In this document: piece after piece, positions 1 through 9,336 of the stretch
How the letters are laid out: every line of letters starts with the position of its first letter
Position numbering within the stretch: the first letter of the stretch is position 1
Assembly: GCA_964624065.1 (NCBI GenBank)
Contig: CAZUWF010000003.1
Coordinates: 89,471-153,470, forward strand
Source of the DNA: an uncultured Bacteroidales bacterium
GTDB taxonomy: Bacteria > Bacteroidota > Bacteroidia > Bacteroidales > UBA7960
DNA: 64,000 nucleotides
Direction of reading: 5' to 3'
The notes under the pieces: generated by a model
The model's database searches: none
Told to the model about the DNA's origin: nothing
Seen by the model: the letters and a program-made list of their open reading frames with translations, nothing else
Position numbers and translations under genes: made by a program

Positions 1-26
1 AACTAAATTACTTGGAGTTGACCCGG

Positions 27-1712
27 ATGTTTAAATATATTGCCCAAAAAATCCTGAAGCAGCTGACTGCCTGCGCTGCCGTAGGTTTATGGTCCTGGCC
101 TATGCTACTTTTGCCGCCGGCATTGGCCCAGCAGGGCAATTATTCTTACGAAGGTCAAACAAGCATCTTGGCAGTTCAGCCGGAGTCAGGAGTGGCCTAT
201 GCCTGGCAACTGTATAACCAAGTTGAAGGGATTAATCTAGCGAGAGTTCCTGGCAATTGCCCAGCAAACCAGGCTTTCTTTGTAGGAGGTGTAAATGTTG
301 GCGATGCGGTGGAAGTGAAGTGGTTGAGGGCAGGGTTTTATTATTTCAAGGTAACAGCCACGACCGAATGTACCAATAACCTTAGGTTGGGCAAAATGGA
401 GGTCCGAGAATTTCCATCTGCGGATTTGCTCAAGCCCGATCCCGTTTGTTCGGGCGAGGTGGCAACCGTAACAATTGAACTAATAAAAGGGGCAAGGCCA
501 ATGGTTGTTACCATATCTGATGGAATCAACACATGGACTTTCGACAGCATTACAGAGACATTCCAGAGCTTCCCATTGGTTCCAACACCAACCGAGCCAG
601 GCGATCATATGCTAATGGTTACCTCTGCCACTGATGTTTTCGGAATGACCAACGACACCATCAGGGATCCGGTTCCCCTTACGATTTTTCCCTTGCCACA
701 TTTAGAGGCAGTACCGTCGTATGGGCCGTTTTGTATCTATGACGCTCCCGTTGTATTTAAAGAAACCGACGGCGTTTTTACCTACAACGGCAATGTAATT
801 TCAGGTTGGGATCCGAGAAATTCTGGTTCGGGTATTCATAATGTTTACTATACGGTGACAGACCCAGAAACCGGATGTAAAAACACCTGGTTGGTTGAAA
901 TAACCGTATATCCATTGCCAACATTTTCATGTCCTTCTTACGGGCCTTTATGTTTGGGAGATCCTCCGATTTCGTTCACCGAAAAAGGTATGTTTACCCA
1001 TAATGGCAAGGTTATTTATGGTTGGAATCCTGACAAAGAGGGTGTTTTTGTAATTAGGCACCTTTATATCGATGATCAAACTGGTTGCGAAGGTTGGTGT
1101 GAGTTTGAGATTGAGGTTCAGAAAGCGGTACTAGCAGATGCGGGCATCGACCAATTCATTAGGTTGCAGGTGCCGCCAAACACATCTACCCCAATGTCCG
1201 TTAATATATGGCTTCAAGGAAACAACCCGCGTCCCGTTACCGGTCATTGGACGTTTGAATCGGGACCTGAAAACTCCACCGCGCCAATTTTAAACAATCC
1301 TTCAATGCACTACACACAAGCAACCTGGCCTAAACCTTCAAATGGTGTTTATGTATTCAGGTGGACCGTGAACAACATAGCCTGCCCGGTTAGCCGCGAT
1401 GAAACAACCGTTGAGCTTATTCTTCAACCACTCGTTCCTGACGGATTTACACCTGATGGTGATGGAGTGGGCGATGTGTGGACACTTTCTGGTCTAGAAC
1501 ACTACCCCGACCACGTGGTAAGAGTTTACAATCACTGGGGCACGCTTGTTTACGAAGCTGCACCGTATGACAAACCATGGGACGGTGTGGCAAATTCAGG
1601 ACACGTGATTAGCGGAAAAGGTCAAAAGCTACCAGCTGGAGTTTATTTCTTTGTATTAACACTTGAACAAGGCTTGCCACCTTTGACGGGCGCCGTGCAT
1701 TTGTTCTATTAA
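27..1712 (+). CDS. Secreted repeat-domain protein with a T9SS type-B (gliding-motility-associated, CHU_C-like) C-terminal sorting domain
   Basis: ORF 12..1712. The ATG at 27 gives a signal-peptide-like N-terminus (..WSWPMLLLPPALAQ). The C-terminus (DGFTPDGDGVGDVWTL..VYNHWGTLVYE..WDG..GVYFFVL) fits the type-B CTD pattern. A PorP/SprF gene follows 24 nt downstream. Confidence 0.8.
   Translation: MFKYIAQKILKQLTACAAVGLWSWPMLLLPPALAQQGNYSYEGQTSILAVQPESGVAYAWQLYNQVEGINLARVPGNCPANQAFFVGGVNVGDAVEVKWLRAGFYYFKVTATTECTNNLRLGKMEVREFPSADLLKPDPVCSGEVATVTIELIKGARPMVVTISDGINTWTFDSITETFQSFPLVPTPTEPGDHMLMVTSATDVFGMTNDTIRDPVPLTIFPLPHLEAVPSYGPFCIYDAPVVFKETDGVFTYNGNVISGWDPRNSGSGIHNVYYTVTDPETGCKNTWLVEITVYPLPTFSCPSYGPLCLGDPPISFTEKGMFTHNGKVIYGWNPDKEGVFVIRHLYIDDQTGCEGWCEFEIEVQKAVLADAGIDQFIRLQVPPNTSTPMSVNIWLQGNNPRPVTGHWTFESGPENSTAPILNNPSMHYTQATWPKPSNGVYVFRWTVNNIACPVSRDETTVELILQPLVPDGFTPDGDGVGDVWTLSGLEHYPDHVVRVYNHWGTLVYEAAPYDKPWDGVANSGHVISGKGQKLPAGVYFFVLTLEQGLPPLTGAVHLFY
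690..1118 (+). repeat. Two tandem ~70-aa domain repeats inside the T9SS cargo CDS
   Basis: Hand alignment of PLPHLEAVPSYGPFCIYDAPVVFKETDGVFTYNGNVISGWDP...TGCKNTWLVEITVY with PLPTFSCPSYGPLCLGDPPISFTEKGMFTHNGKVIYGWNP...TGCEGWCEFEIEV. Shared columns are PSYGP-C, F-E--G-FT-NG-VI-GW-P and TGC. Confidence 0.6.
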
Positions 1713-1736
1713 AAAACTTTTTAAAGTCCACAAGCC

Positions 1737-2678
1737 ATGAAAAAGAGCACAGTTTTTTTAGCAGCCGTTGCAACAGCACTTCTTACCATAAATGTTGGTG
1801 CACAGCAAATGCCAATGTACGGGCAGTACCTTTTTAACAGTACAATAATTAATCCGGCACAAGCTGGATCAAGCAACTGTAGCGCCGTTGGTGTGGTAGG
1901 TCGCCAGCAGTGGGTAGGGTTGAAAGGAGCGCCCCGAACTTTTGCAGTGTACGGTAACTTTAGGTTGCCAGCAAATCTTGGTTTGGCTGGCGGTATTTAC
2001 CAGGATAATATTGGAAAGATAAAAGAACTCAACCTGCAGGTGGATGTTGCTTACCATTTAAGGCTGACGCGCACAATGGCCCTCGGAGTTGGGATTAGGG
2101 CGCAAACTAATGGAACTAGCATTGATTTGACCGACTTTCAGTTTGCTGAAACATCAGATCCATGGTACGGCAAAATTACCGAAAACAAGCGGTTTTTCAA
2201 CACCGGAATAGGTTTACTGTTATATAGCCCATCGTTTTATATTGGATTTTCGGTTCCAAAGATATTGCGAAACGTATTTGCCGAAGACGCTACCCTTGGA
2301 AGGCTTGCCTCGGAATTACACATTTTTTCCTACGGAGGGGCCAATCTTTCGTTTAACCAGGCTCTGGTTTTTAAGCCAAGTTTTTTGCTAAAGTATGCAC
2401 ACAAATCTCCCCTGCAGACCGATTTAAACATGGTTTTTGGATTCAACGAAAGGTTGGATTTTGGAGCAATGGCCCGTACTGATTTTTATAGAGGACTAGA
2501 TGCTGTTGGATTGCTATTTGGAATTACAATTGGGGAATCAATACATTTCGGATACAAATACGAGTATCCAATGAACCACCTTAACCTGGTATCAAGGCAA
2601 ACCCACGAAGTTTCGCTGCGATACAAATGGTGTGCCGGAAGGAAGCACAAAATTGCCTCTCCCCGATATTTTCTTTGA
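1737..2678 (+). CDS. PorP/SprF family type IX secretion system membrane protein
   Basis: 313 aa with a signal peptide. The N-terminal QQMPMYGQYLFNSTIINPAQAG motif is typical of PorP/SprF. The rest looks beta-barrel-like, and the gene lies directly after a type-B CTD cargo gene. Confidence 0.85.
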   Translation: MKKSTVFLAAVATALLTINVGAQQMPMYGQYLFNSTIINPAQAGSSNCSAVGVVGRQQWVGLKGAPRTFAVYGNFRLPANLGLAGGIYQDNIGKIKELNLQVDVAYHLRLTRTMALGVGIRAQTNGTSIDLTDFQFAETSDPWYGKITENKRFFNTGIGLLLYSPSFYIGFSVPKILRNVFAEDATLGRLASELHIFSYGGANLSFNQALVFKPSFLLKYAHKSPLQTDLNMVFGFNERLDFGAMARTDFYRGLDAVGLLFGITIGESIHFGYKYEYPMNHLNLVSRQTHEVSLRYKWCAGRKHKIASPRYFL

Positions 2679-4675
2679 CCCTTTTAATTTTAAAGTGCGA
2701 ATTTGAGGGAAATTAATTGACCTGATTTGACTATGAATACTTTTGAAATGACAACTAGAGAAAAAAATATTTAAAGAGATGGGTTTAGAGCCCTGCAGAT
2801 TGTTAAGTTTTGTTTGTTATCCCTTCACAAATTATTGCCCTCCAAACCGAAAAGAAGCAACGGGCGAGTTACCGTATAAAGGCAAAAATGATTAATCAGT
2901 GAACGCCTCGGGGCAAAAATTACTTTACTCAAATCGACATAGAACTGCGTTTCAAGAAACCCGAACGCTTTTCAGCCTTTTCTAGGTCGATAAAAATGAC
3001 ACACTTTTAAGATTATACTGAGATTTTGTTCGAATCGCGGAACCGAATCCCTTCAGCATCGATCCGTAATTTTGCAATTTCTCCGCACTAGAGACCTTAT
3101 TGTAGATATGAAGTGGCTTCGAACTTCAGGTTGGGCCACATAAACTTTCGCTTGAGTCTCTTCTGAGTTAAGAAGTATTGCTATTGTGGACAGCAGGGGG
3201 ATTAACCCTATGGTTAACGCGAGACGGTTGCTCAAATCAATCACCTACAACCCGCTGCTAACAGCAACGTACCTCCAAGGCGCTTCCAATTTGCAAGAGG
3301 AAGCCAAGAATGGGCTGGAAGGCGGGCTTTTGAAAGTGACCAAGTTGGCATTATCGTTACAATTGGTTACTCCAAAAAGGTAATTATGGGAAGCTGCTAA
3401 GACCATCGCCCACAATATGGCTGGCAATGCAAATATCTACGCACCTTATGGAACAATAAAGGTTCGCATTAATTTGTGAGAAACAGAAATGGGCAGCATT
3501 TTTAAGCCTATAATTGGGGACCAAGGAATTGGAATTCAAGTAAAACCTCCCGCCAAATTGTTGGATTCGTACAGCCAAGATGAACGAAAGGGGCAGTACA
3601 ATCATTTCGGTGTTGGGCTTGGCTTTTTACCTCTAAAAAGAAATTGCAAAACTCCCCAAACGAAAAATAAACCTTAAGAGCAAGATTGGCGCAGGCAATA
3701 GTGTTTTCTTTGAACGATAACTTGAACGTATTTTGAAACAATAGGAGCAAAAACACCCAAAATCATCCAAAAATGAAAGCGCAGTCAAAAATCTTTTAAT
3801 TTCTGCCTGCCATCCAATTGTTTGAAGGGGCAATAAAGTATGTTCTCCGAAAGGATAGACCAGGGAAATTTCTGTCACGCCAGACCACTTGCCGAAACCT
3901 TTGAATTCCTGAAAAGGGAGAGCATTGGCTTGCTCTTTTGAGATATGTACTTCCTCTACGGGAACAATATTGAGTTAACCGACCAATTTTCACCCAGATA
4001 TCCCGAACTTAATGTTGTTGTTTTTTCGGGAATGGATGCAATTATTAATGCACCACCGGTTTTGAGACCGGGTGCAGATTGCTGAATTAACAAGTTATGC
4101 TGTCCAGGTGCATTGAAAAGCACAATAGATCAAATTCTTTAATGTGAGCATTTATCTCTGAGGAACCGCTGCCACAATTGAAGTATAACAAAAGAATAAA
4201 ACCCCAAGATTCGCCGTCTGACAATGAACAGGAGGTTTTAAGGTTGCCCAAGTACGGTGGCGGAATCCTCGAAAAGAAAAACACACTTTCTTTGCAAAGG
4301 CTACAAATTGCCCAATTTATTGAGGATTAAAGAAAAACCATATGTTGAGGACACGTTCCAAACGATGAAATTTTTCGAAAATAGTTTATAATGAAATAGC
4401 CTCAAAAACAATAAAGGGGCTGCATTTTTGAATATGTGTTCGATTTCGGCACACTTTTTGCTCTGATTACATAGCAAATATTTTCTATCATAGTTTTTTC
4501 TTGTTGTTTGGTTTGACCAGGGTTTGTAAACACAAACCCTGGTTTTTGTTTGGTCCGAAAAAGGTTTGAGAAGCAACCCCAAAACTCTTACCTTTGCCTG
4601 GGCCTTCATTGGCTGTTTCGACACTTGGTTCCACTTTGCTTCGATGCTTTATAATTTTTGTCTTTAAAACCCTAC
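2679..4675. other. About 2.0 kb ORF-poor tract (possible decayed genes and/or a non-coding transcript)
   Basis: The six-frame track shows only overlapping 60-107 aa ORFs in all frames, none with recognisable motifs. The tract appears lower in G+C than its neighbours by eye. It lies between sprF-like and polA. Confidence 0.4.
4517..4547 (+). terminator. Rho-independent terminator-like hairpin (11-bp perfect stem, 4-nt loop, T5)
   Basis: CCAGGGTTTGT-aaac-ACAAACCCTGG followed by TTTTT. There is no credible CDS upstream of it. It sits about 130 nt before the polA ATG. Confidence 0.6.
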
Positions 4676-7468
4676 ATGAACAAAAAGCTCTTTTTACTGG
4701 ATGCAATGGCGTTGATTTATAGAGCCTACTACGCCTTTAACAAGAACCCGAGGATAAACTCCAAGGGTATGAACACATCAGCCGTATTCGGCTTTGCCTC
4801 GACTCTCCTCGAATTGCTAAAAAGTGAAAAACCCACGCACATTGCTGTTGCCTTCGACTCGAAAGGGCCGACCATTAGACACGACCAGTATGCAGATTAC
4901 AAGGCCAATAGGCAAGAAGCCCCCGAAGACATCATATTGTCAATTCCATACATCAAGAAACTTATTGAGGGCTTCAACATTCCGGTAGTTTCCCTTGACG
5001 GCTACGAAGCAGATGATATTATCGGCACCTTGGCCAAAAAGGCCGAAGCCCAAGGTTTTGAGGTATATATGTTAACGCCCGACAAAGATTTCGGACAATT
5101 GGTTTCAGAAAAAATTTTCATGTACAAACCTTCCAAGTTTGGAGGTGGTTACGAAAAATGGGGACCTGCCGAGGTTTGCGAAAAATTTGGAATAGACCAC
5201 CCCGAGCAGGTTAAAGATATTCTTGGCCTCTGGGGTGATGCTTCCGACAATATTCCGGGTGTACCTGGAATTGGAGAGAAAAAGGCCAAGTTACTTGTAA
5301 AAGAATTTGGTTCAATAGAAAACCTGCTAAACAACCTTGAAAAGGTCAGGGAAAAAAGGAGCGCCGAATTGATTAGGAACAATCACGAAATGGCCACACA
5401 CTCCAAAATGCTCGCGACAATTATTCTTGACGTGCCAGTGGAACTCGACCTTGATTCAAAAAAAGTATCCGAACCAAATTTTGGGCTACTGAAGCCATTA
5501 TTCGAAGAGCTGGAGTTTAAAACATTTGCGCGGAGGTTTTTTGCAGAGCACAGCTTGGAGTCAAATAATACCGCCAAAATGGGTGTGACAGAAATCAAGC
5601 AGATGGATTTATTTGGCCAGGTGGGTTTGTTTGAAGAGGTTTCGCTGGAAGATAAAATTGAAAACCTCAAAAAAAACAACAACTACAAAACAATTACTTC
5701 TAAGGATGAAATAGAAGACCTTTTCTCTCAATTGGTCAAGGCACGAAACTTCTGCTTCGACACCGAGACAGATAGCCTGGAGCATATTGACGCCAACTTG
5801 GTCGGTATTGCTTTTTGCCTCCAACCAGGAACGGCTTTCTACTTGCCCCTGCCTGACAATAAAAATGAAGCCACCAAAACACTCAAGCTGCTGCAACCCG
5901 TTTTTGAAGATTCCGAGATTGAAAAAACCGGCCAAAACCTGAAGTACGACATAGGTGTGTTGGCAAATTATGGAATTTCTGTCAACGGCCGGCTTTTCGA
6001 TACCATGCTGGCTCACTATCTCCTTCAACCCGACATGCGACACAATATGGATGTGCTGGCACGCTCCTATCTCGGCTACACCCCAGTTGGGATCGAAGAG
6101 ATCATTGGAAAAAAGGGGGCGTTGCAAAAAAGTATGAGATCCATTCCGGTTGACGTGGTTTCGGCCTATGCCTGTGAAGATGCCGACGTAACCATGAAGC
6201 TTCGAAAAGTGTTCGAGCCAATGCTTAAGGAACAAGACTTGCTCGAGCTTTTCTTTTCGTTAGAGACTCCTCTTGTGCCAGTGCTTACACTTATGGAGCG
6301 AAACGGGGTTTGCATCAACGAAAATGCCCTTGAGGAATACTCAAAGGTGCTTGAAGGAGAGATTTCAAGGATTGAGGCAGAAATATACACTATGGCCGGC
6401 ACGAGTTTCAACGTTTCCTCGCCAAGGCAACTTGGCGAAATTTTATTCGAAAGGCTGAAGATTTCCGACAACGCAAAAAGGACCAAAACCAAGCAATACA
6501 GCACCAATGAAGAGATTTTGGTCAATTTGAGCCACAAGCATCCAATTGTTGGCAAGGTGCTTGATTATCGCTCCCTTTCCAAACTTAAGTCAACTTACGT
6601 TGATTCGCTTCCAAAGCTGGTAAATCCATCCACAGGTAGAATTCACACGTCTTACAACCAGGCGGTGGCTGCCACAGGAAGGCTTTCGTCAAACAATCCC
6701 AACCTACAAAACATACCCATCAGAACCGACCAGGGTAGGTTAGTTAGGAAGGCATTCGTAACCTCTGGCCCTTCTTACAAGTTGCTCGCTGCCGACTACA
6801 GTCAAATAGAACTTAGGATAATTGCCTCCCTGAGTGGCGACAGAGGTATGATAGAAGCCTTTGAAAAAAATCATGACATTCACACTGCAACAGCATCAAA
6901 GGTTTACGGCGTGGCCATGGACGACGTGACGAAGGATATGCGCAGAAATGCAAAAACGGTGAATTTTGGAATTGTTTACGGAATTTCGGCCTTTGGGCTT
7001 TCGCAGAGGATAAACATTCCAAAGGCCGAGGCAGCAAGGATAATCAACCAGTATTTCGAAAAGTACCCGGGAATAAAGAACTATATGGACCAAACCATTG
7101 CTTTTGCCAAAGAGCATCAATACGTTAAAACCATTTTGGGCCGCCGTAGGTATATAAGCGACATTAACAGCGCCAATGCCATGCTAAGGGGCTACGCTGA
7201 GCGCAACGCAATCAACGCACCGGTTCAGGGCACTGCCGCAGATATGATCAAACTGGCAATGATATCGATTTATGACGAAATGAAAAAACTAAATCTTCGC
7301 TCCAAAATGCTAATGCAAGTGCATGACGAACTTGTTTTCGAGGCACACGTTGACGAAATTGAAGTTTTGAAAAACATCGTTGAAGAAAAAATGAAAAATG
7401 CCGTAAAATTGAAGGTGCCAGTAGTGGTGGAGGTAAATGTTGGCGAAAACTGGCTGGATGCTCATTAG
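4676..7468 (+). CDS. polA: DNA polymerase I
   Basis: 5'-nuclease N-terminus (LFLLDAMALIYRAYYAF), 3'-5' exonuclease motif FDTETDSL, and polymerase motifs DYSQIELR, RRNAKTVNFGIVYG and QVHDELVFE. The start is taken at the MNKKLFLLD ATG. Confidence 0.97.
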   Translation: MNKKLFLLDAMALIYRAYYAFNKNPRINSKGMNTSAVFGFASTLLELLKSEKPTHIAVAFDSKGPTIRHDQYADYKANRQEAPEDIILSIPYIKKLIEGFNIPVVSLDGYEADDIIGTLAKKAEAQGFEVYMLTPDKDFGQLVSEKIFMYKPSKFGGGYEKWGPAEVCEKFGIDHPEQVKDILGLWGDASDNIPGVPGIGEKKAKLLVKEFGSIENLLNNLEKVREKRSAELIRNNHEMATHSKMLATIILDVPVELDLDSKKVSEPNFGLLKPLFEELEFKTFARRFFAEHSLESNNTAKMGVTEIKQMDLFGQVGLFEEVSLEDKIENLKKNNNYKTITSKDEIEDLFSQLVKARNFCFDTETDSLEHIDANLVGIAFCLQPGTAFYLPLPDNKNEATKTLKLLQPVFEDSEIEKTGQNLKYDIGVLANYGISVNGRLFDTMLAHYLLQPDMRHNMDVLARSYLGYTPVGIEEIIGKKGALQKSMRSIPVDVVSAYACEDADVTMKLRKVFEPMLKEQDLLELFFSLETPLVPVLTLMERNGVCINENALEEYSKVLEGEISRIEAEIYTMAGTSFNVSSPRQLGEILFERLKISDNAKRTKTKQYSTNEEILVNLSHKHPIVGKVLDYRSLSKLKSTYVDSLPKLVNPSTGRIHTSYNQAVAATGRLSSNNPNLQNIPIRTDQGRLVRKAFVTSGPSYKLLAADYSQIELRIIASLSGDRGMIEAFEKNHDIHTATASKVYGVAMDDVTKDMRRNAKTVNFGIVYGISAFGLSQRINIPKAEAARIINQYFEKYPGIKNYMDQTIAFAKEHQYVKTILGRRRYISDINSANAMLRGYAERNAINAPVQGTAADMIKLAMISIYDEMKKLNLRSKMLMQVHDELVFEAHVDEIEVLKNIVEEKMKNAVKLKVPVVVEVNVGENWLDAH

Positions 7469-7754
7469 AGCGGAGAAAGGTTACAAGCTAAGAGGCAAGG
7501 GCTAAGGGTGAGGAAACGGAAATTTCGAATTGCAAGGTGAGAATTAAAGGTTGTTTTACCAATCAACAATAAATGAGTGTTTACTATTAAGGACTGTTAT
7601 GTTTTTACCAAATCCTTGCTGTCGCTATAACTCCTTGTTGGGTTCGCTATTTTTGCTTCGCATCTACCCCAAAACCCGCTAACCCTCACAACGCCTAAAG
7701 CCTTAAACCCATAAACCTGCAAACCTATCCACATCTCAACTTCCCAACCTATGT

Positions 7755-9182
7755 TTATTCCTTAACTATATTCCTATAGTGCACGTATCGTCTCCATACT
7801 TCCATAACGTGGTTGTAAGTTTCCCAGCCCCTAAGATATCCGTGCCGCACCACATCATCTCGATAATACTTTGATTTATTTCTAATGTAGTAATCAACGC
7901 TTCCGATCCACTTTGCAGGATCTTTGCCATACTTTTCTGCAAGCTTTATTGCGTCAATTATATGCCCAGGGCCCGAATTGTACGCACCCAACACGAAACT
8001 TATCCGTTCGAGGGAGTCATCAACAAACTTTTGAAGGGTTTTATCAAGGCTTTTCAAGTACCTAATTCCTGCCTTAATGTTGTCTTCGATGGTCGAAAGC
8101 GAATCTAACCCTAAACCCTCGGCCGTTGAAGGCATTATTTGCATTATGCCCCTTGCTCCAGCCCAAGATGCCGTGTCGTGTACAAACCTTGACTCTTGGT
8201 AAACCAAGGATGCAATCAATCTCCAATCCCAACCGATTATTCCAGCGTGCTTCTTTAGGTAATCATCATACGGTGAAATTTTGCTCCCGAAAAGAGAGTG
8301 AAATTTGCCGCCAGCCCTAAAAACACGGGGAGGCGACTCAAAATACCTACTGAAAATGGATCTGTATTCTTTCGTTTTGGTAAATTCATCAAGCCATTGA
8401 TTAATTGCTTTCAATAGTTTTGGAGTTTTTTTTCTAACAGCCCAAGTCAAGCCCAATTGACCAGTTAGGGCATTCTCAAGGTCAAGAAATGGGAAAAATG
8501 CCCTGTTGGGCCGAGCAATAATTTCGTCGCAAACGGTGTAATCAATTTCGCCATCAGCCACCATTCTTATCAGCTCTTCCTCGTTTAGGTCTAATTCTAC
8601 AGCCCTTATGGTAATTCCAAGCGCCCTGCTCAAGCTGTCAATGGTTTCCTTGTAAGATGCCCCTGCTTGAACAAAAATTGTGTGACCATCAAGGAATGAA
8701 AAGTCAGGCCCTTTCTCATTTTCGGTAATCCTTGCGGCCGGGTTGGTTTTTTCCTGATTCATACGCTGCACCAAAATATGCCTCGAAAAGGCATAGGGCC
8801 TTGTAAAGTCAACTTTCTCGTTTCGCTCGTGGGTTCGATTGAACCTCAAGGCAAGAATGTCGCAATCCCCCTGATTAACCAAACAGTCAAGTTTACTGTC
8901 AATACTGTTTTCAGGCTTGATTTCCAAGAGTATTCTCAGGTGTTTGCAAAATGCCGCAAGCATTTCGAGTTGAAACCCCCTTGGCTCCGCCCGATAAACA
9001 AAATAGCTTGATGGGCTGTGGTTTGTGGTTGCATAAAGTACCCCCCTTTCAATTATTTCGGGCAGGTCAACAATATCTTTTCGTGCTTGGTGTCGAGAAT
9101 CCAAAATCACAAATAAAAAGGCAACCGCCGAGGCCACAAAAAAGCCCCCGTTCACGCTAAAATTCGTTAATTTTGTCCCCAT
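7755..9182 (-). CDS. mltF: Membrane-bound lytic murein transglycosylase F-like protein (solute-binding family 3 domain plus SLT domain)
   Basis: N-terminal TM/signal segment, a periplasmic-binding-like domain, and a C-terminal SLT signature (LVYQESRF..SWAGARGIMQIMPSTA..AYNSGPG). Confidence 0.75.
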   Translation of the reverse strand: MGTKLTNFSVNGGFFVASAVAFLFVILDSRHQARKDIVDLPEIIERGVLYATTNHSPSSYFVYRAEPRGFQLEMLAAFCKHLRILLEIKPENSIDSKLDCLVNQGDCDILALRFNRTHERNEKVDFTRPYAFSRHILVQRMNQEKTNPAARITENEKGPDFSFLDGHTIFVQAGASYKETIDSLSRALGITIRAVELDLNEEELIRMVADGEIDYTVCDEIIARPNRAFFPFLDLENALTGQLGLTWAVRKKTPKLLKAINQWLDEFTKTKEYRSIFSRYFESPPRVFRAGGKFHSLFGSKISPYDDYLKKHAGIIGWDWRLIASLVYQESRFVHDTASWAGARGIMQIMPSTAEGLGLDSLSTIEDNIKAGIRYLKSLDKTLQKFVDDSLERISFVLGAYNSGPGHIIDAIKLAEKYGKDPAKWIGSVDYYIRNKSKYYRDDVVRHGYLRGWETYNHVMEVWRRYVHYRNIVKE

Positions 9183-9336
9183 ATTATCAAAAAATTAATT
9201 TTCACGAAGTTAGGAAAAATTTTCGCAAGGAAGTACCCTTAGGTTTTTTCTCGAAACCTATTCGGAAATATTTTCCTAACCTCCGCATTATGCAAGGAAA
9301 AAGGATATTACAATTCTAAATTAACAATGGGTTACA

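Noticed and set aside
5609-6235. 208-aa minus-strand ORF inside polA. Similar long antisense ORFs occur at 24127..24717, 27635..28075, 33792..34520, 43554..44147 and 52834..53391.
   Set aside because: Each lies entirely antisense within a gene with strong family motifs, and each has a low-complexity or odd composition with no motif. They are typical shadow ORFs.
7478-7700. Apparent relationship between GCTAAGGGTGAGG (about 7500) and GCTAACCCTCACA (about 7677), first considered as inverted repeats of a MITE.
   Set aside because: The two are related by a G/C swap without reversal, so they cannot pair, and the alignment beyond about 12 nt is weak. I kept only the strand-composition observation.
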